Positions 10,250 to 21,493 of a stretch of 64,000 nt of DNA are shown here, piece by piece. The stretch's first letter is position 1, and each line of letters opens with the position of its first letter. Under the pieces are notes generated by a model. That model searched no databases. It saw only the letters and a list, made by a program, of their open reading frames with translations, and was not told where the DNA came from. Origin of the DNA: a virus; the IMG/VR virus record IMGVR_UViG_3300023184_009648, positions 1-64,000 of that record; one strand, written 5' to 3'. A program made the translations under genes and the position numbers.

Positions 10250-10509
10250 TATGAACTCTTTTTCCACCAAGGTTCAAACAGTTTTTTGATTCTTTCTTTG
10301 AAAGGAATTTGCCGTAGGTTACATTGTGCGGTATCAGAAAGAATTCCAGCTGCGAAGATATAAAACCAACCAACAATAGAAAGACTTGCAAGAAAGCCTA
10401 CGAACATAGAAATGCGAATCAAGTGCACTGGTGTGCCCGACCATTCTGAAAGGCCTGAGCAGACTCCCAGAATAATACCTGTATTGCTGTTTTTTCTTAT
10501 AGCTGTCAT
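10246..10509 (-). CDS. pspC: PspC-domain membrane protein
   Basis: GIILGVCSGLSEW..LIRI followed by a TM segment ending WFYI. Confidence 0.75.
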   Translation of the reverse strand: MTAIRKNSNTGIILGVCSGLSEWSGTPVHLIRISMFVGFLASLSIVGWFYIFAAGILSDTAQCNLRQIPFKERIKKLFEPWWKKSSY

Positions 10510-10755
10510 GATTTATTTCTTGTTATATTTATTTTTGTAATATAAAAAAATTATTGACTAATTTTTTATAAATAAAATACTCCTTTATAAGTTTACTTTT
10601 AAGGTTTAAAATGTATGGTTTTTCAACAAATCATTTAGGATGGCCAATAAGTTGCTGCTCTCACAGCAGATTAACTGGGGGTTATACAAAAAATGATGAT
10701 AGTAGTAATACCATTAGTCTAATAAGCATTTCATTTCTTTATTTGCAGGAGTCCT

Positions 10756-11547
10756 ATGTTTAGCTTTAATCCTACTTTACTTTCTTGGCCATCAATTGGT
10801 GGTTATGCCACATATACAGGCGGTTTTCCCGATACAGACGATGAAGGTGCAAGTGCTTCTGTTGCAATTGCTGATTTTGCGATGAATGGCACTGTTTATA
10901 ACACGCTTTGGTTTAGCACAAACGGTTCTGTTACATTTAATTCTGCTACAAGTGCCTATGAGGGATATCCTTCTGAATCGACACAAATTTGTGCAAATAA
11001 TGATGATATGGAATTAGACCCAAACAATATAACGCTTACTGACGGCGATGTGCATAACATTTACTACATGCTTGGATCAAATTTCACAAAAATTATATGT
11101 CATCAAGGTTATCACGAAGACCCAACTGCTGTTGGTTCTTGGTTATTGAATATCTATCGTGACGAGAAATATCAGTGGATAGAAACAAGGCTTAAAGTGC
11201 CAAACGAGGACGAAATATATTCTGGTCCTTACAATGAACCGAACGCTGATGTTTCTGTTCCAGTTTCTACTAGTAGCCAAGTTTGGAGAAGTGATTTGCT
11301 TGGCCAAAACTGGGAATTTATGGGCACAGGAAGTGTTGGTAACATGGTCGAAACCACCTGCAGTCCTTTGAATTGCGATGTTCCAGCATTCAAGTGTTAT
11401 TTGGGTACAAGCAAGTCTTGCACATGTGCTCGTTGGAAGTATTTCACAGCACAGTGCACAAGAAACCAACAAGCTTTAGGTATTTGCAATGGTACATCTG
11501 GTGCGTTTGTGCCAGCAATTACTGTTTGCAACCAACGCTTGCTTTAA
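10756..11547 (+). CDS. Putative virion surface protein (NIDO-like beta domain plus Cys-rich C-terminus)
   Basis: LWFSTNGSVTF motif; 8 Cys in the last 65 aa; CAGGAG RBS. Confidence 0.45.
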   Translation: MFSFNPTLLSWPSIGGYATYTGGFPDTDDEGASASVAIADFAMNGTVYNTLWFSTNGSVTFNSATSAYEGYPSESTQICANNDDMELDPNNITLTDGDVHNIYYMLGSNFTKIICHQGYHEDPTAVGSWLLNIYRDEKYQWIETRLKVPNEDEIYSGPYNEPNADVSVPVSTSSQVWRSDLLGQNWEFMGTGSVGNMVETTCSPLNCDVPAFKCYLGTSKSCTCARWKYFTAQCTRNQQALGICNGTSGAFVPAITVCNQRLL

Positions 11548-11681
11548 TTGGTTGTTTAATTAGGTAAAAAAACAAGAAACTTTCCAAAAGAAAATCATTA
11601 TCTTTGTTTTGGTCAACTATACTTTTTTTATTTTAATACAAAAATAATATATAATGTAGTTCTTTAACAAGGAGGGGAACC

Positions 11682-11969
11682 ATGAAATTCTCTGATTTTT
11701 CCGCTGCTATGAATGAGCACAAAGATGCTAGTTTTGCCGTCGTTGGCCTTAAGGGCAAAATGATGGACGCTGTTATTGCTGACAATCTTGTGAAGTTATC
11801 ACTTGTTGAACAGCCCAAAAAGCATTTTGAAACTGTTGCCAATGTACTTGTAGTTATTGGCAAACTTGATGCTGCTGCAGCTGCCAATTTGGAAGTTGTA
11901 GTAAATGGCAAAGTTATTACTTCTGCTGAGTTCAATGGCGAAGACTATATGGTTTGCAAAGTTTCCTAA
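11682..11969 (+). CDS. Hypothetical protein, CTS-like start (MKFSDFSAAMNE)
   Basis: Strong AAGGAGG RBS; AATATATA upstream. Confidence 0.7.
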   Translation: MKFSDFSAAMNEHKDASFAVVGLKGKMMDAVIADNLVKLSLVEQPKKHFETVANVLVVIGKLDAAAAANLEVVVNGKVITSAEFNGEDYMVCKVS

Positions 11970-11996
11970 GGCATAATTTAATAAAGGAGTTTTAAA

Positions 11997-12473
11997 ATGG
12001 CTACTCAAAGCACTACTGGCGTTGGTAACGGTTCTGCCGAAGGCTTAAATAAAGGCCCCGGCAACAAGCGTACTATTTACGCTCCTCTCAATGGCCCTTG
12101 CGTTCTCGCTGCTGGCGAAGTTTGGGACAATGATGATGTTTGGCAACTTGAAGTTCGTATTCCCGGTATTAACGAAAATCCTGACGATATTACTGTTCTC
12201 GTTACTCAATCTGACTGGACTAACTACGATGGTCGTGGCGACAATCCTCCTCACATTGAGAAGATTGACAGCAATGGCAATAACTTCGAAGATTCTGATT
12301 ATATCGAAGATTGCAGTGGTGATTATTGCGTGTACAAATGGGAACCCGGTGTAACTTTCGCTGGTTTTATCATTCACACAGGTGATGACGATGGAACCGA
12401 TTCGGGCTATCCCCGCAAGTTTGGTTATATCGTTCTTAAGACTGGTGGTGGCAAGAGCTTCGGTTCTTACTAA
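11997..12473 (+). CDS. Probable abundant virion (decoration-type) protein
   Basis: AAGGAG RBS, MCP-like codon usage, MATQSTTGVGNGSAEG start, followed by a terminator. Confidence 0.55.
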   Translation: MATQSTTGVGNGSAEGLNKGPGNKRTIYAPLNGPCVLAAGEVWDNDDVWQLEVRIPGINENPDDITVLVTQSDWTNYDGRGDNPPHIEKIDSNGNNFEDSDYIEDCSGDYCVYKWEPGVTFAGFIIHTGDDDGTDSGYPRKFGYIVLKTGGGKSFGSY

Positions 12474-12499
12474 CTTTAAAAATAAGAGTACATCTCTTG

Positions 12500-12529
12500 G
12501 CCCAGCAATTTATTTGCTGGGCTTTTTTT
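12500..12529 (+). terminator. Intrinsic terminator
   Basis: GCCCAGCAA-TTTAT-TTGCTGGGC plus T7. Confidence 0.8.
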
Positions 12530-12546
12530 ATAATTTGATTATAAGC

Positions 12547-13410
12547 TTATTTTCTTTTTTTGATTTCTTCAACTAAATTTGATACAAGCTTTACGGCAGC
12601 GTCGATAAGTTCGCTTTTTTTAGCCTCTATATTATTAACGCTATAAGCTTTTTTATAACCAAAAACATGCCCTGATATACAATTTTCGGGTACAAAAATG
12701 CCTGAATATCGGCATTGATTAACAATCGGCATAATAGCTTGTTCTGGGCTTATATAATAGTTACTTTTCATTTCGGCCATAGCAAGTGGCATACGACGAC
12801 CAACATAGTCATTTGCTCCATCATCGCCATGGATAAAGAAAGCTCCAACCTTACCTTCATAATGATTTTTAAGTAGCTCCCTATGCTTTCCTGATCTTTC
12901 CATAGCAATAGTCACAGATGGATCTTTAAATTTATCACCCATAATTTTTTTTGCATCTTTTTGATTAAGTGTCAAACTAACACAAACAAGACGATCAAAA
13001 AATGCTTTAACTTGGGTTGAAGGGGCATACCAGTGAACTGGGGTAAATACGGCAAAACCATCTGCTTCTTCCATTTTTTTATAAACATCTTCTTCGTGCA
13101 TGTAATCATTAGTTCCATCGCCTTTTGAATAGCAAGAACAAGGATAATGGCAATGGAAGCCGTTTGATGTTGCCACACATCCTTTGCATGGTCGAACTAC
13201 GGGATCTGTATCCATAACTCTGAGATTAAGGGGTATAACCTTAATGTCTTTTGCAAGTGATTGTAGGGCTTTATTATAAATAAATTCAGTTTTTGAATCA
13301 CCGCCAGAACATGAGTCTTTAGTTCTAGGGCTGCCTTGAATAACAACGATTTTGATGCCTTCATCATTGTTTTTAGTAGTTTCTGCGAGATATTCAACAA
13401 ATGTCTTCAT
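12547..13410 (-). CDS. Flavodoxin-fold NAD(P)H-dependent FMN reductase / iron-sulfur flavoprotein with CTS-like leader
   Basis: VIQGSPR, PCKGC..CHYPCSC, EADGFAVFTPVHWY, FFDRL; likely start MKTFVEYLAE at 13410. Confidence 0.85.
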   Translation of the reverse strand: MKTFVEYLAETTKNNDEGIKIVVIQGSPRTKDSCSGGDSKTEFIYNKALQSLAKDIKVIPLNLRVMDTDPVVRPCKGCVATSNGFHCHYPCSCYSKGDGTNDYMHEEDVYKKMEEADGFAVFTPVHWYAPSTQVKAFFDRLVCVSLTLNQKDAKKIMGDKFKDPSVTIAMERSGKHRELLKNHYEGKVGAFFIHGDDGANDYVGRRMPLAMAEMKSNYYISPEQAIMPIVNQCRYSGIFVPENCISGHVFGYKKAYSVNNIEAKKSELIDAAVKLVSNLVEEIKKRK

Positions 13411-13453
13411 GTCTTTATGTATGTTTGAGATATATAAGTTAAGGAGAACTACG

Positions 13454-13783
13454 ATGAAATCATTTAATGAATATTTGGCGGAAAAAGATGAGATAAACAT
13501 ACATGAAGTTGCAAAAAAAACTGCTACGAAAAAAGATGTAAAGAAAAAAGATGTAAAGAAAAAATCATCAACTGTTCCAAGCAGCAATCGTATTAAGGGT
13601 ATGGTTGCACTGGTCGATTCGCTTAAAAAGTTTTTTGGCGAATATGACTTACCTACCCGTCAATTTCTTTGGAACAGGCTTACCACACCAAAAGGCAAGG
13701 AATTATTGGAAAAAGTGCTAAGAAATCCTAATGCAAATCTTACGAATAGTGTTTTTGTGCAATTGGTTACAACAAAGAAATAA
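13454..13783 (+). CDS. Basic hypothetical protein, CTS-like start (MKSFNEYLAE)
   Basis: AAGGAG RBS; KKDVK repeats. Confidence 0.7.
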   Translation: MKSFNEYLAEKDEINIHEVAKKTATKKDVKKKDVKKKSSTVPSSNRIKGMVALVDSLKKFFGEYDLPTRQFLWNRLTTPKGKELLEKVLRNPNANLTNSVFVQLVTTKK

Positions 13784-13857
13784 TTGTAGTTGATATTCAG
13801 CACTGATCGTGGTATTATATCTTTGCACACGGAATGTGCAGAAAGAGAGAGTGTTTT

Positions 13858-14136
13858 GTGAAAAAGTTTGCTTTTTTGGCGTGCGCTTTGGCTTTGTCTG
13901 GTGTAGTTGCTGCTGAGGCACAAGCGGGATGTCGTCCCGGTTTGTTTTCTCGGTTTGGAGGTCGCAATGGTGGTAGCTGCTCTTCCAACAGCAGTTGCAG
14001 TAATTCCACTTGTGGCAGCTGTACGGTGACTACCACCAAGACCAGAACGGTAGAAAAGAAGGCTGCTCCTTCTCCTGTGACTGAAAAGGCACAGGCTCCT
14101 ACCACTGATAAGAAGGCTGCTCCTAGTCTTCGCTAA
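13858..14136 (+). CDS. Secreted Cys/Ser/Gly-rich small protein
   Basis: GTG start; signal peptide ending AEAQA; six Cys; followed by a terminator. Confidence 0.6.
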   Translation: MKKFAFLACALALSGVVAAEAQAGCRPGLFSRFGGRNGGSCSSNSSCSNSTCGSCTVTTTKTRTVEKKAAPSPVTEKAQAPTTDKKAAPSLR

Positions 14137-14177
14137 TGTGCTCGCTAATGTGCTCGTTAATCTCATCGTGAGATGCG

Positions 14178-14211
14178 AAAAAAGCCCAAGAAATTATTCT
14201 TGGGCTTTTTT
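14178..14211. terminator. Bidirectional intrinsic terminator
   Basis: AAAAAAGCCCAAGAA..TTCTTGGGCTTTTTT between convergent genes. Confidence 0.8.
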
Positions 14212-14213
14212 AT

Positions 14214-14594
14214 TTAATCTTTTTTAGAATCACTTTTAGGCTTTTCATATCGATCTATATTGTTCTTTTTATCATACGCTCCCAGCATATGTCCTTGTCT
14301 ATAATCTTCATTTGAAGACCAACGAAAAAATAGAGCTTTTTTTCCATTATATCCTTCCCAATATCCTGTAATAAAATCTTTACTAGGAACATATTCTTTC
14401 TTTTTATCTTTATCTAATTTTAATTCTTCGTTTTTATCTGGTTTTGTAAAATCATTTTTTGATTCAGCATTTTTTTGAGTTTCGTGATTGCCTTCAATAG
14501 GATGAACTTTATAACGCTCCATGACTTGAATAGTCACATAAGGCGTAAGAAAAACAAATAAGACAATAACAATACCGATTAAAAATTTTCTCAT
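14214..14594 (-). CDS. Membrane-anchored hypothetical protein
   Basis: N-terminal hydrophobic helix; GYWEGY / YRQG motifs. Confidence 0.6.
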   Translation of the reverse strand: MRKFLIGIVIVLFVFLTPYVTIQVMERYKVHPIEGNHETQKNAESKNDFTKPDKNEELKLDKDKKKEYVPSKDFITGYWEGYNGKKALFFRWSSNEDYRQGHMLGAYDKKNNIDRYEKPKSDSKKD

Positions 14595-14603
14595 ATTGCT
14601 TCC

Positions 14604-14948
14604 TTAATTTGAGCACCTACATTTCCAAACTCTGAGTGCAGCATTGATTTTGCTATTAGGATCATTAGCTGTTGCAGCAGAGGTGTTGTGTTTACGCATA
14701 CCGCACATGCGACTGCAAAAACTTTTGCGTCGAGCTTGGGTTTTTTCTGACATCTTGCTGACTCCACCTTTTCGTTCTGCTTCTCGCTTAGTTTCAATTC
14801 CTGCGTGAATTCCAAGTTTTTTTGCATAAGAAGGCTTTAATCCACCTTCAGGATGATGTTTTTTAGGGTTAAAGCCTCTAAATGGTTTTTTGTTTTCATC
14901 CAGAATTTTTGGATCACGGTTATTCAGCCATTCGTGAAAACTTTGCAT
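14604..14948 (-). CDS. Basic protein with RRKSFCSRM..DPNSKINAALRVWKC motif (recalled from T4-like cyanophage proteins, DUF6321-like); CTS-like start
   Basis: MQSFHEWLN start; GAGGAG RBS; CATAAATA upstream. Confidence 0.65.
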   Translation of the reverse strand: MQSFHEWLNNRDPKILDENKKPFRGFNPKKHHPEGGLKPSYAKKLGIHAGIETKREAERKGGVSKMSEKTQARRKSFCSRMCGMRKHNTSAATANDPNSKINAALRVWKCRCSN

Positions 14949-14999
14949 AATGCTCCTCGTTCTTTTACATTTATTTATGAAAGAAACCTAAATATCTTT

Positions 15000-15176
15000 A
15001 TGACATTCAAAGAGTGGCTTACGAAGATTGAAGAGGCTTGGTTTAGTAAGGGCAAAGGTCGTCCTATGAAGCCTAATGCTAGAGATGTTAAGCCTAAACC
15101 TCATGATCTGCATAATTGCGGACAAGGTGGTGGACCCGGCCCTTGCGATGGCGGAGCTCCAGTTGCTGCTGGCTAA
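15000..15176 (+). CDS. Small protein, CTS-like start (MTFKEWLTKIEE)
   Basis: CTAAATA 5 nt upstream of the ATG. Confidence 0.6.
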   Translation: MTFKEWLTKIEEAWFSKGKGRPMKPNARDVKPKPHDLHNCGQGGGPGPCDGGAPVAAG

Positions 15177-15541
15177 AAATGTTCCATATCACAACAAATC
15201 ATTTGAACAACAATAAAATCAACATTACTTGTACAATTAGCATCAACAATTTTTAGAGAAGTAAATACACAATCGTGAAAAATACTTGTCTTAAAAAGTG
15301 TATCATTTGCTTTTACAGCTAAGCAAATTGCTATTTGTTTATGTGAAATGTCACACAACAAGTTGTAAAGCAAATTCTTTTGATAAAAATTTTGAATTGG
15401 AAAAATCAATTCAACTTCAAACTTATTTGTAAAGCCATGACCTTTTAAAATATTGTATTCTAAAAGGTCGTGTGCGTCTGATATATTTTCCCAACTAAAG
15501 CTGTCATGTAATACACAAGAAAAACATCCAATCTTGCGCAT
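15173..15541 (-). CDS. Hypothetical protein
   Basis: ORF with GGAG RBS. Confidence 0.5.
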   Translation of the reverse strand: MRKIGCFSCVLHDSFSWENISDAHDLLEYNILKGHGFTNKFEVELIFPIQNFYQKNLLYNLLCDISHKQIAICLAVKANDTLFKTSIFHDCVFTSLKIVDANCTSNVDFIVVQMICCDMEHF

Positions 15542-15592
15542 TGTTTTATTGCTCCATTACTATTTTTAATTCATTTTAACAAAATTTAAAAA

Positions 15593-16180
15593 TTAGTCAA
15601 AATAATTTATCATAGTCATTGGAAGTTTTGGAGCAACATATCTGAGTAATTCTGCAGCACCTTTATTACTAAAAACAATTTCAAAACGATTACGACATTG
15701 ATGTGCTTCACAATCACAATCGAGACTGTTGAAGTAATTTGCAATAATTTTTGTGCCTTCTTCACCAAATTTATGAGTACGAAGATATGCTTTTCGTTTG
15801 CTTTTTCTGCCTGCATCAATAAACCAAGTCATCCACGCTTCATCTGTTAATATTTCAAGCAATTCTGAAGTAACGATTTTTTCACCATTCTTATAGAATG
15901 TGTGATATACATCATTAAAAATTGGATAGGCAATACTATAACAACGAAAAGTATTTTTGTCTTGTTTGATGGTGTTTTGATCTACTTTAAATAGATCAGA
16001 GAGAACCTCAACTTTGTGTTTTAGCCAAATTTCATTGCTATCTCTCATAGCAAGATAGCAATTCTTGCCTCTATCTGGCTTGATAATACTGGAACCACCC
16101 AAAATCGTGCCATACAAAAGCTGTTTTTGATTATCTTTGAGGGTCGGACCATATTGATATGTCATAGCATTATACCTCAC
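15593..16180 (-). CDS. Free-standing LAGLIDADG_2-like protein lacking catalytic Asp residues
   Basis: YGTILGGSSI and AWMTWFIDAG correspond to GxLLGDG and WFMDDG; the true start may be MTYQY. Confidence 0.75.
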   Translation of the reverse strand: MRYNAMTYQYGPTLKDNQKQLLYGTILGGSSIIKPDRGKNCYLAMRDSNEIWLKHKVEVLSDLFKVDQNTIKQDKNTFRCYSIAYPIFNDVYHTFYKNGEKIVTSELLEILTDEAWMTWFIDAGRKSKRKAYLRTHKFGEEGTKIIANYFNSLDCDCEAHQCRNRFEIVFSNKGAAELLRYVAPKLPMTMINYFD

Positions 16181-16243
16181 ATTTATATATGTTAATTTTG
16201 TTCACTTCGCAATATTTTGACCAAAGATGATTAAATTCAGAAT

Positions 16244-16807
16244 TTAATCTTCGTCTTTGGGACGAAAAAACTTGATATTTTTATCAGCCCATTCTATAGC
16301 CATGTGCGAACCACGGGAAAGAAGGCCTACGAGTTGAGTGGGGTTTCCACTTCCTTCAATGGCGATATTATCTCTTTCAGCATTTTCGATCCAAACAAGA
16401 GCAAAGGTAAGACCTTGGCGTTGTTTGAGTTCGTTAGCCATTTGTCTGATCGTGAGCAATGAAAGGTCTGGAATACCTAGTTCTTTTTGTTTGGCTTTTT
16501 TTAAACTGTTATTGTTTTCAAGAACATTTTCTAATTTCTTGGAAAGCATTTTAATCGCAGGAAGTTTATTGCTATCTTCAAGGACTAGTTGATATGAATA
16601 TTCCTTTGGTTCAGTTTGACTGGCAAGAACAAGCAAATTGCATGGTGTATATTCTTTTACTTCGCTAATTTGGACAGATATTAAATTAAGGCTTTCATCG
16701 TTATTTAATTTAAAATGAATCCATGAAAAATCAGCGCTAGTATCAATAAGGGTGAAGCCCACAAATTTGTTGAGGGCTTTTACAAGTCTTTCAAATTCCT
16801 TTTCCAT
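16244..16807 (-). CDS. Hypothetical protein
   Basis: 187-aa ORF with GGAGG RBS. Confidence 0.6.
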   Translation of the reverse strand: MEKEFERLVKALNKFVGFTLIDTSADFSWIHFKLNNDESLNLISVQISEVKEYTPCNLLVLASQTEPKEYSYQLVLEDSNKLPAIKMLSKKLENVLENNNSLKKAKQKELGIPDLSLLTIRQMANELKQRQGLTFALVWIENAERDNIAIEGSGNPTQLVGLLSRGSHMAIEWADKNIKFFRPKDED

Positions 16808-16810
16808 TTG

Positions 16811-17347
16811 TTAATCCTCCAAGACTCCAGCATCATTTAGAGACCGAGCAAGTTTTATAAGATGTTTGCACATACCGGGCAGTTCCAAAGGATTGGAAGA
16901 GCCGGGATTTACTTTCGCTTCATACTTTGATCGCACACGCCCATATAACAACTTGCGAAGACTGTCCTCGTAATTGAAACGCCAATAAAAATCGGCACAA
17001 TTACAACGAACTACGACTTCGTTGGTGTAGTTAATTTTTTCAAAGACATGTTTGCGTCCATCACTTGCAACAATCTCAATCCAGTTACGGTTCTGCTTAG
17101 AATCGTGGTAATTAACCTTTTTAAACAAGATGAGAGGCTTGTATTCCTTGCCATTTCCTTCATTCTTGGCCAACCCTTTGACCAATAGAGTTTTAACACC
17201 TTTAAAGGGTGTCCAGTCCATTTGACGAACAACAATTTCATCTATTGCGTGTTGTCGCTTGGTGGTTCTAGGGAAAGCCCTAATTGTGTCTGCGTACAAA
17301 CCTGAAAGATTTGCCTCTTGCAGGGATAACCATTTTGTAAACTCCAT
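16811..17347 (-). CDS. SWIM-type Zn-finger protein with CTS-like start (MEFTKWLSLQE)
   Basis: VRCNCADF...GMCKHL. Confidence 0.7.
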   Translation of the reverse strand: MEFTKWLSLQEANLSGLYADTIRAFPRTTKRQHAIDEIVVRQMDWTPFKGVKTLLVKGLAKNEGNGKEYKPLILFKKVNYHDSKQNRNWIEIVASDGRKHVFEKINYTNEVVVRCNCADFYWRFNYEDSLRKLLYGRVRSKYEAKVNPGSSNPLELPGMCKHLIKLARSLNDAGVLED

Positions 17348-17441
17348 ACCATATGTACGAAGTAATTATTTAATTAAAATTACAAACACTCTTATAAACA
17401 GCAGGATTCAAGCTTTACGGCAATATTCATGCGAGGTAACC

Positions 17442-17732
17442 ATGACCGATAATAATTTGACACCAAAAGAAAAAGGAATGAAAAAATTTCAAGTAATGGT
17501 GCGCCCTGCGAAGGGCGGAGGAATTGAAAAGGCAGTATTTATTGATGATCAAATGCTTGATTGGCAAGTAGATCTTATGAGCTATGCAGAGGCCATGAAA
17601 ATGGGACCTGAATATGTCGTAGAAGTACAAAAAAGTATTGCCAAACATTTTATTGAAGCAGTTTCTGATACTTTAGGACGCAAGGTTACTATTGATGAAA
17701 TTAAGAAGGCCACAAAAACTGGCTGGATCTAA
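17442..17732 (+). CDS. Hypothetical protein
   Basis: GAGG RBS before MTDNN. Confidence 0.6.
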   Translation: MTDNNLTPKEKGMKKFQVMVRPAKGGGIEKAVFIDDQMLDWQVDLMSYAEAMKMGPEYVVEVQKSIAKHFIEAVSDTLGRKVTIDEIKKATKTGWI

Positions 17733-17821
17733 ACCCTGCAAGTTTGCCCGATGTTAATATGATGAGGGGGTGATTTCCAATTTACATCCCGCCGCAGGGT
17801 GCTTGGCGGCAAAGGCAAACA

Positions 17822-17857
17822 AAACAAAGCCAGTTGTTCTATCAACTGGCTTTGTTT
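17822..17857. terminator. Bidirectional intrinsic terminator
   Basis: AAACAAAGCCAGTTG-TTCTAT-CAACTGGCTTTGTTT. Confidence 0.8.
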
Positions 17858-17859
17858 CT

Positions 17860-19983
<2,124 letters not shown>

Positions 19984-19993
19984 TCTAATATAC

Positions 19994-20770
19994 CTATTTT
20001 GGAATTGAATATTTATATCTTTGCAACTGTAGCTTAACATATGGCAATACAGGCAAAGATTTATCATCTATATATAGCTGAGAAATACAGTTATCTGTCT
20101 CATCATCCCAAATTTTAAGCTGTTTAATATCAGTAAAATATGATTGTTTGGTCATGATTTGATCTTTATAGTTTCTAACAGCCCTACAGATACCAACAAC
20201 CTTATAATCGAAGAAAAGTGGGCCTCCGCTATCGCCAAATACGCTATAAACATTTGTTCTTATAGTTCCTGAAAAACTTTCTGGGCGATGAGTTTTAGGC
20301 TGTGTAACAATTCCATGATCAATTCTAGCATCATCCATCAATCCAAATCCAACACGCATAACTTTTGTACCAATATAAAGATTGTGATCAAAATCTAATT
20401 GAACAACAGGCAATTTTTCATCGCTTTCAAAAACGCCTATGGCTAAATCATTTTTTTCACTTTTATAACAAATAAAAACAGGATATTGTTTTTCTTTATC
20501 AAAATTAGACCAATCTTTATATTTAATCCAATTCAAAATATATGAACTATCTGCTTCAACAACATGATGGGCTGTAATAAAAGCGTTTCTATATTTATTT
20601 TCATGCTTAGTTGAACGAATTATGAAGCCTGTACCACCAGATTTTCCATCAGCGTTCAAAATCATCACGGTTGGGTGAAGACAGTTGGTGTGAAATTTAT
20701 AATCAATTTCCTGAGTGAAGGAGGTTGAAGAAAAAACAAACAAAAAAATGAAGGATAAAAATTTATACAT
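19994..20770 (-). CDS. Secreted trypsin-like (S1) serine protease
   Basis: Signal peptide; GTGF, TAHHV, DLAI and GDSGGP triad motifs. Confidence 0.88.
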   Translation of the reverse strand: MYKFLSFIFLFVFSSTSFTQEIDYKFHTNCLHPTVMILNADGKSGGTGFIIRSTKHENKYRNAFITAHHVVEADSSYILNWIKYKDWSNFDKEKQYPVFICYKSEKNDLAIGVFESDEKLPVVQLDFDHNLYIGTKVMRVGFGLMDDARIDHGIVTQPKTHRPESFSGTIRTNVYSVFGDSGGPLFFDYKVVGICRAVRNYKDQIMTKQSYFTDIKQLKIWDDETDNCISQLYIDDKSLPVLPYVKLQLQRYKYSIPK

Positions 20771-20807
20771 GAAATGCCTCCCAATGTAGTTAGAGGAGGG
20801 ATGTAAT

Positions 20808-20839
20808 AAAAAAACCACACTGTTTCCAGTGTGGTTTTT
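20808..20839. terminator. Intrinsic terminator
   Basis: AAAAAACCACACTG-TTTC-CAGTGTGGTTTTT. Confidence 0.75.
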
Positions 20840-20860
20840 AATTGTTTTATTGAATAAAAC

Positions 20861-21097
20861 TTAGACGATAAAGAATCCACCAGCACCATTGCTGATTTCA
20901 GTAAGAGCTTGAGGAGCGTCTGAGAAAGAAGCACCATCAAAAATCTCATGAACAACACGATTGCTGCTAGAATCAACAGTCTCGATGTAACCAGTGCGCT
21001 GAATCGAAACGCCGTTAACAACGGAAGTATCGAGAGAGCCTTCGGTGCCGAGATTGCGAATAGTCGGGGTCAACTGGAGGGTATAGCTTGTAGACAT
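20861..21097 (-). CDS. Small probable virion protein
   Basis: CATATATA upstream, highly-expressed codon usage, own terminator. Confidence 0.55.
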   Translation of the reverse strand: MSTSYTLQLTPTIRNLGTEGSLDTSVVNGVSIQRTGYIETVDSSSNRVVHEIFDGASFSDAPQALTEISNGAGGFFIV

Positions 21098-21151
21098 AAT
21101 TTTTCCCTTATAAAAAGAGGTTTAATGTATATATGCCGCTCGGAAAAAAAT

Positions 21152-21493
21152 TCACGAAGGAGTTAAAGGGTCCAAGGTAAAATTCAGAACGGTCGTGCCC
21201 GAATTAGCAAAAATACTAACACAGACATTTCTGCTAAAAGGGTCAAAAGAGTTAATTACCCAATTTGGATTAAGAACTAACATCTTTCTGGGCAGCAACT
21301 GTTCGTAGTACACCCAGACTTTCTTATTTATGTTTGTTTGTATTACATTTTTTGAAATACCAGAAATATCAATTACTTCACCAGTTGTAGCAACTACTGC
21401 CTTACTATAATCAGGGTTGGTCTTCAACATAGCCAAAAGTGTAGATTTTGGAAGAGTATATGGATTTGAACAAGCTTGCGGTGAAATTATCAT
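21152..21493 (-). CDS. Hypothetical protein
   Basis: 113-aa ORF. Confidence 0.5.
   Translation of the reverse strand: MIISPQACSNPYTLPKSTLLAMLKTNPDYSKAVVATTGEVIDISGISKNVIQTNINKKVWVYYEQLLPRKMLVLNPNWVINSFDPFSRNVCVSIFANSGTTVLNFTLDPLTPS

Noticed and set aside
14130-14160. 12-nt tandem repeat TCGCTAATGTGC (about 2.5 copies)
   Set aside because: Short slippage duplication at a stop codon; no evidence of function
17758-17785. ATGATGAG..stem as a hammerhead ribozyme core
   Set aside because: Lacks CTGA and the GAAA after stem II
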